Below, one piece after another: positions 34,501 through 42,491 of a stretch of DNA of 50,244 nucleotides. Origin of the DNA: a virus (Duplodnaviria > Caudoviricetes). The DNA lies in IMG/VR virus record IMGVR_UViG_3300032212_000015, positions 1-50,244 of that record. One strand, given 5' to 3'. A program made the position numbers and the translations under genes. Every line of letters starts with the position of its first letter. Position 1 is the stretch's first letter. Below the pieces are notes generated by a model. That model was not told where the DNA came from. It did no database searches and was given only the letters and a program-made list of their open reading frames with translations.

Positions 34501-37421
34501 TCAAACCCAAAGATATTTATTGCTTTAACTCTTAGGTCATACGTTGCGCCGTCTTCAACATTTGGAATATAAACCTGTGTTTCATCTCTTTTTGGTTGTT
34601 CTGCTAATTTAATATAATTGGAGTCAGTCGTTTTTTTATAATAAATTTCATAATGGGAAACTTGAGTATCTGTTGATGCTGTCCAGTTTAAATTAATGCG
34701 ACTTATGATTGTCCCGTCATTTAAATTTAATAGATCACTATCACCACTTGATATTGTGCCAAAACCTACAGGCGCACTAGGTGCATAATCGTTTGCTGGC
34801 TCATCTTTTGGCGTATTGTCTTTTATGTATAACGTTTGGAAATTTGCATTGATTAAATTGCTAGGCGATGAAAATACCTGCTCGACGGTAAGCTCTTCAT
34901 TTGTGACCGCTGTTGAATTGAGTGAAGGCACATTGCCATCATAAAACCAGCCAGGATTTGACCCTAGCGTGTGCAGGTTTCTTTCAACATCGTAATTCGC
35001 ATTAGTGTTAAAATTTCCATAATTAACGGTAACATTAGCCTCGTCTGGCAAAGACAACGCAGGCCCATCTATTATGCAGAGAAACCCGCCTGGGGCACCT
35101 GGGCACCCTGACCCACCAACAACATCGTAACTATTTGTTACTATTTCATATGACCCGCCAACAGAGTTTGCCCCACCAGAAAGATTAACTTCACTCGATA
35201 CACCGGAAACAAAACCTCTAGCTATTATGGCTAAACCCGCGCCGCCTGCGCCACCGTCACCGCCAAGTGCTTTGTTTACGCCATTGTCTTTTACGCCGGT
35301 TCCGGCCGTTCCTGGCGTGCCTCTTAACTCAGAAGGAATGCCAAGCAAGTCTGTCCCGTCATAGGTGATGTTTAAATTCTTTAATATCTTTCCTTCCTTC
35401 GCAGAGCCACGCAAAGGAACACATTCAAAAGTACCGTCAAAATCATCAACATCATCAAACCCGCCGACACTTCTAACGTTTCCTAGTGTATCGACTTTTT
35501 CTAATGTAGCGCTTTCTCTACCATATGAACCAGTAGATCCAGTTGGGCCGCGTCCTACACCGTTAAATGATTCATTATTAGTGATTATCCCTCTAACCCA
35601 TAAGCGAACATTGTCGTATACTGCAACCGTCACCCCTGCGTTAACAGTTAAATTACCAAGATGATATATGTTTTTAGGTGTTGCCGCGCCGGTTAGCGAA
35701 CAATTAGAAATTATCGTATTACCTGATAAGGCCGCACCTATTTCAGTTGATAATGAAGTCCAGCCTTTGCCAGAACCGTCATAATAAGAGTCAGGTAAAA
35801 CGTAAGCGCTTGTAAACGTTGCATAAGGCGGAATAGCGCTTGATGATGCTTGAAAGGTGCAATCAATCTCGCCACTTAATAAATCCCTTGATGTTTTAGT
35901 TACCTTCATCGACCTGGAAAGTCTATGCGGTAAGACAGAGGTGTCCATTGCAAAATCGACTAAGGTTTCCAGATAAATATACGGCGTGTCGCCTATCTCA
36001 ATATCACCGCTATTTGGTAACAGCTTAGCTTTGAATCGCCATTGTGGATAAACCTTATCACTTGCCCATAGGTCAATTAAATTGGCAATAGTTTCATCGG
36101 TGTAATTATTAGCGAAAACGCCTCTAAATTTTTTCTCTTCAAAGTCTGTTTCTTGGTGTTTTGCAATACTATCCGTATAAACTAGTGTTGTTGTTAGTTG
36201 ATAGTCTTGCCTATACGCTGACCAGTGCCATTTAATACGATATTTATTTTTTAAATTTTTAAAATCATACTCTAAAGCACCATGCGACATTATCCGTTCG
36301 CTAGTAATGAAAGTATCACGAATAAAATTTGGCAGGATTGCTACGTTTCTTTTTAACCCGTGTGATCCGTCGGAATAAACCGGCATAAAGCAACCGATCA
36401 TCGGGAGCAATTCTTCTTCTATAAACTCCTTTGCGTTAATATTTCGCAAGCCCATGAAGCGACAAATAACACCTTTGCTGTCGTCGGTTGTATCCCATAG
36501 GTCATCGCCAATACCTGTAAAATCATCGGTGGTGACGTAAGTCGCATCTAACGTTAAACACCAGCCAGGAGGCAAGGTTTTCCCCGTTTGGCCATACAAG
36601 CCACCCAATTGAACGGCATACAATAATTTAACAACCGGCAATTCCAAGTAAACAAATTCTTCTACTTTTGGTTGTCGGTTTAGTTCTCTACCTGAATCGA
36701 TTTGATGCTCTACTGCGACGGTTTGAAATAAACCACGACCGCCTGTGTCAATGGTTAAGTAATCGCTTGTCCCATCTGACCCGACACCGCTACATCGAAT
36801 TATTTCGTCTTCGATTTTTACATAAAATACTTCTTGATTTGGTGCGTCTGAATAACTTGACCCATGATCTACTAAGGTATAAACCGAGTTATCGCCGACG
36901 CGAATTAAACTCGTTTCTGTAGCACTAAGGGTTGCATAAAGATTTGAGAATGTTTCGGGGAATAGTTTTTTATCTTTCGCTATACGCTGAATGTCTTCTG
37001 ACTTTAACGTATACACTTTATCTTGATAGGAAAGTGAACCAATAGCGGCGGTGGCTTCAATTTCATAATCACCCCAAACCATTCCTTTAAAGCCAGAATA
37101 AACACGAACTCGTTTTAAACGAATCCCTTTATCTGCTTCAAGCTTTGTTTTTAGTTTGTCGGATAGAGCACCAGAATTGTCAAGAAATTTAAGTGTAATG
37201 CCACCAATACCTGCAATTTCTTTTAGCTCTTGAGAGATGGCCGACCCACTAATAAGTGAATTAGCGAGAATATCGGCGCTTACTGGATAGGCTGAATCAG
37301 TGTGAGAAAGAATGTATACCGGATCGGTAAAGTCTGATGCAAAGTCTACGCGCACAGTAAAGCGTGGCTCTCGACTTGCTGCTAGCATGTGAGCCGAATA
37401 GGAGTCGTTCAGGTTTCTCAT
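31593..37421 (-). CDS. tail-tip/host-specificity protein, copy B (1942 aa)
   Basis: Follows tape measure and distal tail genes; hub-like N-terminus, Gly-rich segment, FN3-like domains (LNWTAS..YEIYYK..YDLRVKAIN; YYWVRAVD) and several beta-sandwich modules. Confidence 0.9.
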   Translation of the reverse strand: MRNLNDSYSAHMLAASREPRFTVRVDFASDFTDPVYILSHTDSAYPVSADILANSLISGSAISQELKEIAGIGGITLKFLDNSGALSDKLKTKLEADKGIRLKRVRVYSGFKGMVWGDYEIEATAAIGSLSYQDKVYTLKSEDIQRIAKDKKLFPETFSNLYATLSATETSLIRVGDNSVYTLVDHGSSYSDAPNQEVFYVKIEDEIIRCSGVGSDGTSDYLTIDTGGRGLFQTVAVEHQIDSGRELNRQPKVEEFVYLELPVVKLLYAVQLGGLYGQTGKTLPPGWCLTLDATYVTTDDFTGIGDDLWDTTDDSKGVICRFMGLRNINAKEFIEEELLPMIGCFMPVYSDGSHGLKRNVAILPNFIRDTFITSERIMSHGALEYDFKNLKNKYRIKWHWSAYRQDYQLTTTLVYTDSIAKHQETDFEEKKFRGVFANNYTDETIANLIDLWASDKVYPQWRFKAKLLPNSGDIEIGDTPYIYLETLVDFAMDTSVLPHRLSRSMKVTKTSRDLLSGEIDCTFQASSSAIPPYATFTSAYVLPDSYYDGSGKGWTSLSTEIGAALSGNTIISNCSLTGAATPKNIYHLGNLTVNAGVTVAVYDNVRLWVRGIITNNESFNGVGRGPTGSTGSYGRESATLEKVDTLGNVRSVGGFDDVDDFDGTFECVPLRGSAKEGKILKNLNITYDGTDLLGIPSELRGTPGTAGTGVKDNGVNKALGGDGGAGGAGLAIIARGFVSGVSSEVNLSGGANSVGGSYEIVTNSYDVVGGSGCPGAPGGFLCIIDGPALSLPDEANVTVNYGNFNTNANYDVERNLHTLGSNPGWFYDGNVPSLNSTAVTNEELTVEQVFSSPSNLINANFQTLYIKDNTPKDEPANDYAPSAPVGFGTISSGDSDLLNLNDGTIISRINLNWTASTDTQVSHYEIYYKKTTDSNYIKLAEQPKRDETQVYIPNVEDGATYDLRVKAINIFGFESTSINTTETVTGKTAAPGNPTSVTATAIVDGIIIDGTAPSDTDLAGVEIWRNTTNDTGSASRIDTVNALPSKQFGFTDSSVTSADGALYYWVRAVDTSRLPGSYVAATGTPITADDPDWADLANIPEGQIYNTDDSTALGFNPSFSAWAGTYPDGWSAYSNVPTKELIIVNTGNYSAKYTTNGVSNYGFLHDSKSQAFSTAPLPVGGFIVGSFSYYLDAITGSGRPGLFFDLYYGATTYRRTYIEIDNISTGAWHTQPFIARVNPGEQIWGIRINVIGSHSAMPNGHSNCTVYFDNVGFNILHADAVSLDDGTRINDIRPSIMHSAFIEEFEQPHNWTDLSGSGTESYPADANMGGLVYQVAGGQRWLEFPVNIPFDPDRLYKIQVKVRMTAAPTDSAKDLFYCGVNGIAIDGTTRVDQNGLNTTGNQFFIAAHAVDMGGYTLSQWQTFTGYYKGIGTYIGNASDPQNPSGLHADVRYFRPMVIVNHNHGDGTMQVDAITIESTSDWDEIGGANKADDNADVTGAHIGETWSEDLVIDGDMERSDVTYWSGGSKSATAKYGSYSLYISTASTTVRNQDAAGTVIYVPVEEGDKIHVGAWIRHHSIGAGFLYIEWYNGVKTYLSESSLSSIGVATFTYLSGNATAPANARYAVLKLYTNSSASSGAYFDAVTMRRLDITADNTQTEIDNGLTTTTGSITNTGKGAIDLGQTGVLPSIWINSATWQASGVQIQYNSGTPRMYVGDGGNKYMQFDGTNFSLGNDVQLLGADAFNNNTLYDHNHCRSTDGFSEYTAGSLSYIDVLSGTGIRLAAGDSGTVNSEASFGEYLHGESKTFANEVRSKFRVRLAGWTANCQLKCVFAYGSSSNIGFIVDGSNNIKVFCNDGSTTETVDSGVNLNTVFTNIEVIYDPSLFSPNRIKLKIGSTTYTFTITNYPSTSDSITILRDVYLTKTGGGSLAYVYISDMKTNII

Positions 37422-37435
37422 AAATTGGCGTTATA
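35528..37435. repeat. ~1.9-kb diverged direct repeat, copy 2
   Basis: Aligns to 1..1908. Confidence 0.97.
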
Positions 37436-37840
37436 TAAAACTTTAAAACTAAAAGACACGTAACCATCGATCCTGTGATCATTTCGGTTTTCTGTTTCAT
37501 CACCTTGCATTACGACGGTGATAGGATTTACTGGGGAGGCATTGGTGCCTTTAATATCTATGGTAAAAGTCTCTCCACCTCTTACACTACCGAAAAACTC
37601 TAACCATTGATCATATGTAGTGGAGCTCGCCAATACGAAGCTTGTCTGTAAGTCCCATAACTCATCAATGGTGTAAATGGTTGTTTGGGTTTTTCCGCTT
37701 AGTGATCTTGATTCTTTTTTTATTGACCTCGGTACCCTGACTGCTGCAGCAGGTGAAAAGTCTATTCCGTAAGAAACACCTGCAGTGTGGCCAGACATAA
37801 CATCTCGTAAAGCTACATACGTCACATTAGCCATGGGCAA
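37418..37840 (-). CDS. distal/minor tail protein, module B
   Basis: Homolog of 1891..2307. Confidence 0.7.
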   Translation of the reverse strand: MPMANVTYVALRDVMSGHTAGVSYGIDFSPAAAVRVPRSIKKESRSLSGKTQTTIYTIDELWDLQTSFVLASSTTYDQWLEFFGSVRGGETFTIDIKGTNASPVNPITVVMQGDETENRNDHRIDGYVSFSFKVLYNANL

Positions 37841-39599
37841 GTATCACTCTTTGTTTGCCATCGCCTGTACTTGCGACAAACTGATCGTTCTGGTTTGCTT
37901 CTATAATCCCGGGAATGACAATATCCATTAACTCTTTACCATCGATGCTCACATGAATGTGGTTTTCTGATTGGCTTGTATTTGAAGAGCGATTCGGATC
38001 GACTGGAAAACCAGTGCCTGGTACTGTTTCGTAGCTTCCTGATGAACCGCCACCGCTTGCAGCTGATTGGTTTGAATTGTAACTAGACGAATTTATTTGC
38101 TTTAAACGTGCACCACCCGCCAACAAAGCTTGTCCAGCAGCCAGGGCACCGGCAACCGGCCCAAAACGCGATGCTGATTCATAAGCCTTTTGAGCCGAAA
38201 CAAGCATGCTTACATATGTCTCCGCCCTTGCGAATTTTTTCGATTCTTCGAACTGACTTTTGCTTGAGCCTGATACGATCTCCGATAAACTACCCAATAT
38301 TGATGCCGTAGAGCTAAGTCTTGATTGCATGGCACGTTTTTCATCTTGCGCCACTAAGCGATGATGATTAGCAATTATTTCCCTAACCATAATTTGATGA
38401 CTTTGCAGGTATTCTATTCGCTTTGTGAATGAATCCTGCAATATTGATTCGTTAAATTCAGGTATAATAGGGTCTTGCTGTTCTGCACTTTGTGCTGCTT
38501 CAATTTGACCTGCACCAGCATTGCCAAAATTTAATCCTTTACCTTCTCTTATTTCGAATTCTGCAGAAACTAATTCGTTGTATTTTTGTTGAGACTCATT
38601 GATGCTTTTATGTATTTCTAAATTTTTGAGCTTTAATTCATTGGCAGCATTTAAATGTTCACCCCTACTTTTAATTGCTTGTTCTTCTGTCGCCTCCAAC
38701 CCAACTGCATTTAATAATCGACCGGATATTGAGTCCTGTTTTGGCAAAAGCTTGGCATCTAATTCATCGCGTTTTGCTATTAACTCGTGAATTTCTATAC
38801 CAATGTCATTAAGCAGTACACGGAAGCCCTGCATTCCCACCTTTGACACATGAAACGCTTTTGGTATTTCTGTTCCAGCATAACTTGCTAATGATTGGAT
38901 ACTAGGCCCGACATTAACTGCAATGTCATTAGCCATGCCTTGCAATGAGAATCGCATCCGAGAAACAGAATCTTTGGCTTCTGCCATTTTATCGACTTGT
39001 TCACGAGACAACGTCAACCCTAATCGTTGAGCTTCTGCACGCATTTGACGTAGTGACTCACTACCACCATCTATAGTTTGAAGCAGTGAAACGCCTTCTG
39101 AGTCCCAAAACTTCATCGCCAATCGAACTTTATCTGATTGGTTAGCTACACCATTCAGTGAATCAGCTAACACCTCGAATTGTTGCTCTGGTGCTAATGT
39201 GTTTAGGTACGATGCAGACAGGCCTAATTCATCAAGTGCTTTTACGGCTTCGCCGGTGCCCTGGCTTGCTTCTGATATTCTGCGAGTTTGCCTTTGCCAA
39301 GCGATTGACAAGGAGTCGAAGGTTACGCCGGTTAGTTCTGCGACATGCTGATATTCACTTAATGCTTCGGTACTGGCACCGATACGAATGGATAGTTTTT
39401 GGATTTTATCACCGGCATCCAAAGACCCTTTAACCAAGTACCCGAAGCCACCGCTTCCCCCTAACCCTACGATAGCACTGGTTAAACTAATTGTAGTTTT
39501 CGTAAGGGCTAAAAAGTTTTTATGAGCATTTTTAACCGCATGCTCACTTCTGTCTTCGCCTTCCAGAACATATTTGGACTTGGTGGTATTTCTAGTCAT
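37827..39599 (-). CDS. tail tape measure protein, module B (590 aa)
   Basis: Helical; shares GGFGYLxK.S..AGD and the C-terminal I.(I/V)..N.NDQ.V.ST..G..R.I motif with tape measure A. Confidence 0.88.
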   Translation of the reverse strand: MTRNTTKSKYVLEGEDRSEHAVKNAHKNFLALTKTTISLTSAIVGLGGSGGFGYLVKGSLDAGDKIQKLSIRIGASTEALSEYQHVAELTGVTFDSLSIAWQRQTRRISEASQGTGEAVKALDELGLSASYLNTLAPEQQFEVLADSLNGVANQSDKVRLAMKFWDSEGVSLLQTIDGGSESLRQMRAEAQRLGLTLSREQVDKMAEAKDSVSRMRFSLQGMANDIAVNVGPSIQSLASYAGTEIPKAFHVSKVGMQGFRVLLNDIGIEIHELIAKRDELDAKLLPKQDSISGRLLNAVGLEATEEQAIKSRGEHLNAANELKLKNLEIHKSINESQQKYNELVSAEFEIREGKGLNFGNAGAGQIEAAQSAEQQDPIIPEFNESILQDSFTKRIEYLQSHQIMVREIIANHHRLVAQDEKRAMQSRLSSTASILGSLSEIVSGSSKSQFEESKKFARAETYVSMLVSAQKAYESASRFGPVAGALAAGQALLAGGARLKQINSSSYNSNQSAASGGGSSGSYETVPGTGFPVDPNRSSNTSQSENHIHVSIDGKELMDIVIPGIIEANQNDQFVASTGDGKQRVILAHG

Positions 39600-39903
39600 G
39601 TATGATTACGCTATCGATTATTTCCATCGCTTCCAGATAATAGTTAGGCTGGTCATATAGGCCGCCACTAAATGGAAGAACGGAATTTCTATAATGAGAA
39701 TGCAAACGCAAGAGCGATGACGCCCAAGGCTCCACCATTGGTTTTAAACAGGTTTTGGATTCAATAACGATGAAATCGCCATAATTTACTTCCCACATGT
39801 CCACCGGTGCTGGATTTGATTCATCGCAGTGCCGTCTTGTACATGTGTTGCAGTTAAAGCTTTTGCTATTGTTAGTTACTTCAACTGCAATTAAGATTTT
39901 TTT
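39592..39903 (-). CDS. tail assembly chaperone, -1 frame extension (Cys-rich), module B
   Basis: The -1 frame reads KILIAVEVTNNSKSFNCNTCTRRHCDESNPAPVDMWEV... and joins track ORF 39592..39804. Confidence 0.8.
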   Translation of the reverse strand, partial: KKILIAVEVTNNSKSFNCNTCTRRHCDESNPAPVDMWEVNYGDFIVIESKTCLKPMVEPWASSLLRLHSHYRNSVLPFSGGLYDQPNYYLEAMEIIDSVIIHD

Positions 39904-40241
39904 GTGTCTTCACCTGTTATCTGTGTCAAGTGATAGATTTTTCTTGCTAGTTCGTATTGGATATCCGCAGGCACAAATACGAATTTGTTGGCTTGACTAA
40001 ATACCAGTGGATTTTCTTCTTGATCTGGAAAATTCTCCCAATCAAGTAATCCATATTTTATTAGTGGCCTAACTGCCTCAGATGTTATGTTGTAGCCGTC
40101 TTTTGTGAACACCAAAAATGGCATAACTTCGACGAACTCACTGCCAGATAACCCTTTTATGTGAAAGCGTGTTGGTTCGGTTTCGTTTTTCTCGATCTCA
40201 GGTGTGTACCATTCTGGCGTTATTTTGCTTAAAGCTTTCAT
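39891..40241 (-). CDS. tail assembly chaperone, module B
   Basis: Position after the tube gene; GLLDWENF motif. Confidence 0.8.
   Translation of the reverse strand: MKALSKITPEWYTPEIEKNETEPTRFHIKGLSGSEFVEVMPFLVFTKDGYNITSEAVRPLIKYGLLDWENFPDQEENPLVFSQANKFVFVPADIQYELARKIYHLTQITGEDTKKS
39897..39903 (-). other. programmed -1 frameshift heptamer A AAA AAA
   Basis: ACA AAA AAA TCT TAA ends the chaperone ORF. Confidence 0.8.
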
Positions 40242-41179
40242 TAGGTAAACACCAATTCCATTTCGTTGTCAGTTGTTGTTTCATCAGTACATGCGAATGG
40301 GATATCAAATGTTCTAATGCCCTCTCTATCACCTGGTGTTACATTGGTGTAATAACTTTCGTTAAGGGTAAGCGCCCAGATATTGCCAGCGGTTGCGCCT
40401 ATAGATCCTGTCTGAATTGTGCCCGTGGCACCGCTTTTGAATTTTCCGATGAAATCATGCGTGGCTTTCAACACGGCAGATGGATCAAACGAACCTGTGA
40501 CATCACGACCGGTGATAACAATCTCACCATAGCCATCACTGGCATTGGCATCGGGTTGCATGGCCACTTGTAAACCAAGGTCCATCGACAAACTAGAAAT
40601 GGTGGCTGCGTAGGTGTGCGCCTGGAATGTCGCACCGATGAATGGTTGTGGCTTAGTGCTATCAAGCGTGGGACTAACAAGAGATACATCACTATGACCG
40701 GCATCATGACCCACTACGGTGACGGCAAGCTTTGCATATTCACCCGTGGGCGCTGTTATAGCGAAAGCCATCACGCGGCAATCGGTCATTTGATGCAGCA
40801 TGCCGTCTTGATAATAATACATAGTGCCGACTTCGTGTGTCGTGGCATCTGAGGCGTTTTTATAAGTTACGCTGGTGCTAGCAACAATTGTTTCACTTAG
40901 CCCTGCACACTCTAAAATAGGGCCGAATTCAGGGGCTGTGCCTGCGGTGCCTGAGCCTTTCATTTGCAAGGTAAATGAAACCGCCTTTAAGGTGCCACCA
41001 AAAATACGCTGCATGCTACCAATACTGGAACGGATAGCAGGGTTGTCGATCATTCGTAAGCCTTCAAAGCTCCACGATGGTTCTTCAACTAATACCGCAT
41101 CACTTGCCGCAGATGGCACTGCAGGTGTACCAACACCGGTTTGCTTTTTAAATAAAATGACATCACGCTTTGTCAGCAT
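40241..41179 (-). CDS. tail tube/major tail protein, module B (312 aa)
   Basis: GSGTAGTAPEFGPILECAGL motif; position. Confidence 0.82.
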   Translation of the reverse strand: MLTKRDVILFKKQTGVGTPAVPSAASDAVLVEEPSWSFEGLRMIDNPAIRSSIGSMQRIFGGTLKAVSFTLQMKGSGTAGTAPEFGPILECAGLSETIVASTSVTYKNASDATTHEVGTMYYYQDGMLHQMTDCRVMAFAITAPTGEYAKLAVTVVGHDAGHSDVSLVSPTLDSTKPQPFIGATFQAHTYAATISSLSMDLGLQVAMQPDANASDGYGEIVITGRDVTGSFDPSAVLKATHDFIGKFKSGATGTIQTGSIGATAGNIWALTLNESYYTNVTPGDREGIRTFDIPFACTDETTTDNEMELVFT

Positions 41180-41269
41180 CTTTCTTTTCCTCTTTCGGTG
41201 TTGGTTTGTCTTTTGGTTTCTCGATTACTCGTGAACCGGCTTTTTGTGGTGTCACTGTGACTCGCTTAC

Positions 41270-41701
41270 TCATAACGCGGGATTACTCCTGTTTCGATAG
41301 TAACGAAAGCGCCAGGGAAACACTTGATAAGCTTGCGGCGTTTCACCCTCGCCTGAAAACTCGATCTCTTCTGGGTCGAGTTCTTCGGTATCCGTGACAA
41401 ACTCTAAGCCTTGAGTTATGTCTTGATTCAATTTGATTATGATTTCTTCTTTGATTTTGTTAATCGTGGTTGATAGTTCACTATTCTGCGCAACGGTAAT
41501 TTCAATATTCACCGTTTGCCAACAATCCAAGAGACTGTTTGATAACTCCGCAACAATTTCTGACTCACCCATTTCAATGGATAATGCGGGTGTTTCTTTT
41601 ATATTGCGAATCTGATCGCGCTTAACCCGCGATCTAGTCGTTGTTAATCCAGTTAAGTTTGTTTTTATTGTTGAGAGTATTGTTTCTGCTTTGTGGGTCA
41701 T
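41270..41701 (-). CDS. tail terminator-like protein, module B
   Basis: MTHKAETIL..I...L and TPALSI; position. Confidence 0.7.
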   Translation of the reverse strand: MTHKAETILSTIKTNLTGLTTTRSRVKRDQIRNIKETPALSIEMGESEIVAELSNSLLDCWQTVNIEITVAQNSELSTTINKIKEEIIIKLNQDITQGLEFVTDTEELDPEEIEFSGEGETPQAYQVFPWRFRYYRNRSNPAL

Positions 41702-42009
41702 AGTTTTTGAAGAACCAAAGTTATTCGTTTTTTAGTTTCGCTATAAATCCAGTCTTCGACGGTATAGTCCACGCTTTCCATTGTTAAAAAGTCACCCTCT
41801 CGTAAATCACTAAAATGTGATGCCAGGGTATTGAACGTGGTGCGATAACCGTCGACGTTACCAAATTGAACATAGCCATAGCCGAGCATGCCGACGATGG
41901 TTTGTGTTTTACTGGATGGGTGCGGATAGGCTAGCTGTGTGTAGGTGACAGTTACACCTAAATCACTGTAAAGCTCTTGAATGTCTTCGTCGATATCTGA
42001 TAGCGCCAT
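41698..42009 (-). CDS. head-tail joining protein (gpFII-like)
   Basis: LREGDFL....YTV motif; position. Confidence 0.65.
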   Translation of the reverse strand: MALSDIDEDIQELYSDLGVTVTYTQLAYPHPSSKTQTIVGMLGYGYVQFGNVDGYRTTFNTLASHFSDLREGDFLTMESVDYTVEDWIYSETKKRITLVLQKL

Positions 42010-42013
42010 AAAT

Positions 42014-42039
42014 AAAAAGGGCCGCGTTTCGGCGGCCCT
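42014..42039 (-). terminator. intrinsic terminator after head genes B
   Basis: AGGGCCGC-N5-GCGGCCCT stem followed by a T run on the minus strand. Confidence 0.75.
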
Positions 42040-42062
42040 CTCCTTTGCTATTATTATTTATA

Positions 42063-42431
42063 TTAAGCTACGGTGCCTACGCCTACATTAATTTCCACTG
42101 CAATGTCAGCACCTGTGCTTGCGCCTTTTGCTTCGCGTGCGACACAGCAACCCGTCACATCACCTGTTGCAGGTGTTGCCGCGTTGTCGTCAAATTTACC
42201 AGCAGACGCATCCCACATTACGCTTTCACCTTGAGCGATATCTGCTGCATCTGCTTTTGGTACGTTATATACACCTTTCATACCTAAAACACCCGTTGCG
42301 CCGTCTGCAATATCTTCCAATACAATGCCGATTTGCTGGCCTACCACTACGGGCGTGTTTGCCACGATTGTTGATCCTGAGCTATTGGCATAATCCATCG
42401 TTTCACCGGCTTCTACATATTTTGTCGTCAT
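42063..42431 (-). CDS. DUF2190-like capsid decoration/cement protein
   Basis: YVEAGETMD, GIVLEDIADGATG...GVY.VPK. Confidence 0.85.
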   Translation of the reverse strand: MTTKYVEAGETMDYANSSGSTIVANTPVVVGQQIGIVLEDIADGATGVLGMKGVYNVPKADAADIAQGESVMWDASAGKFDDNAATPATGDVTGCCVAREAKGASTGADIAVEINVGVGTVA

Positions 42432-42491
42432 GTGTTTTTCCTCTTGAATTTGTGAAATAAAAACGCCGAATTTAATCGGCGCTTATTTTAT

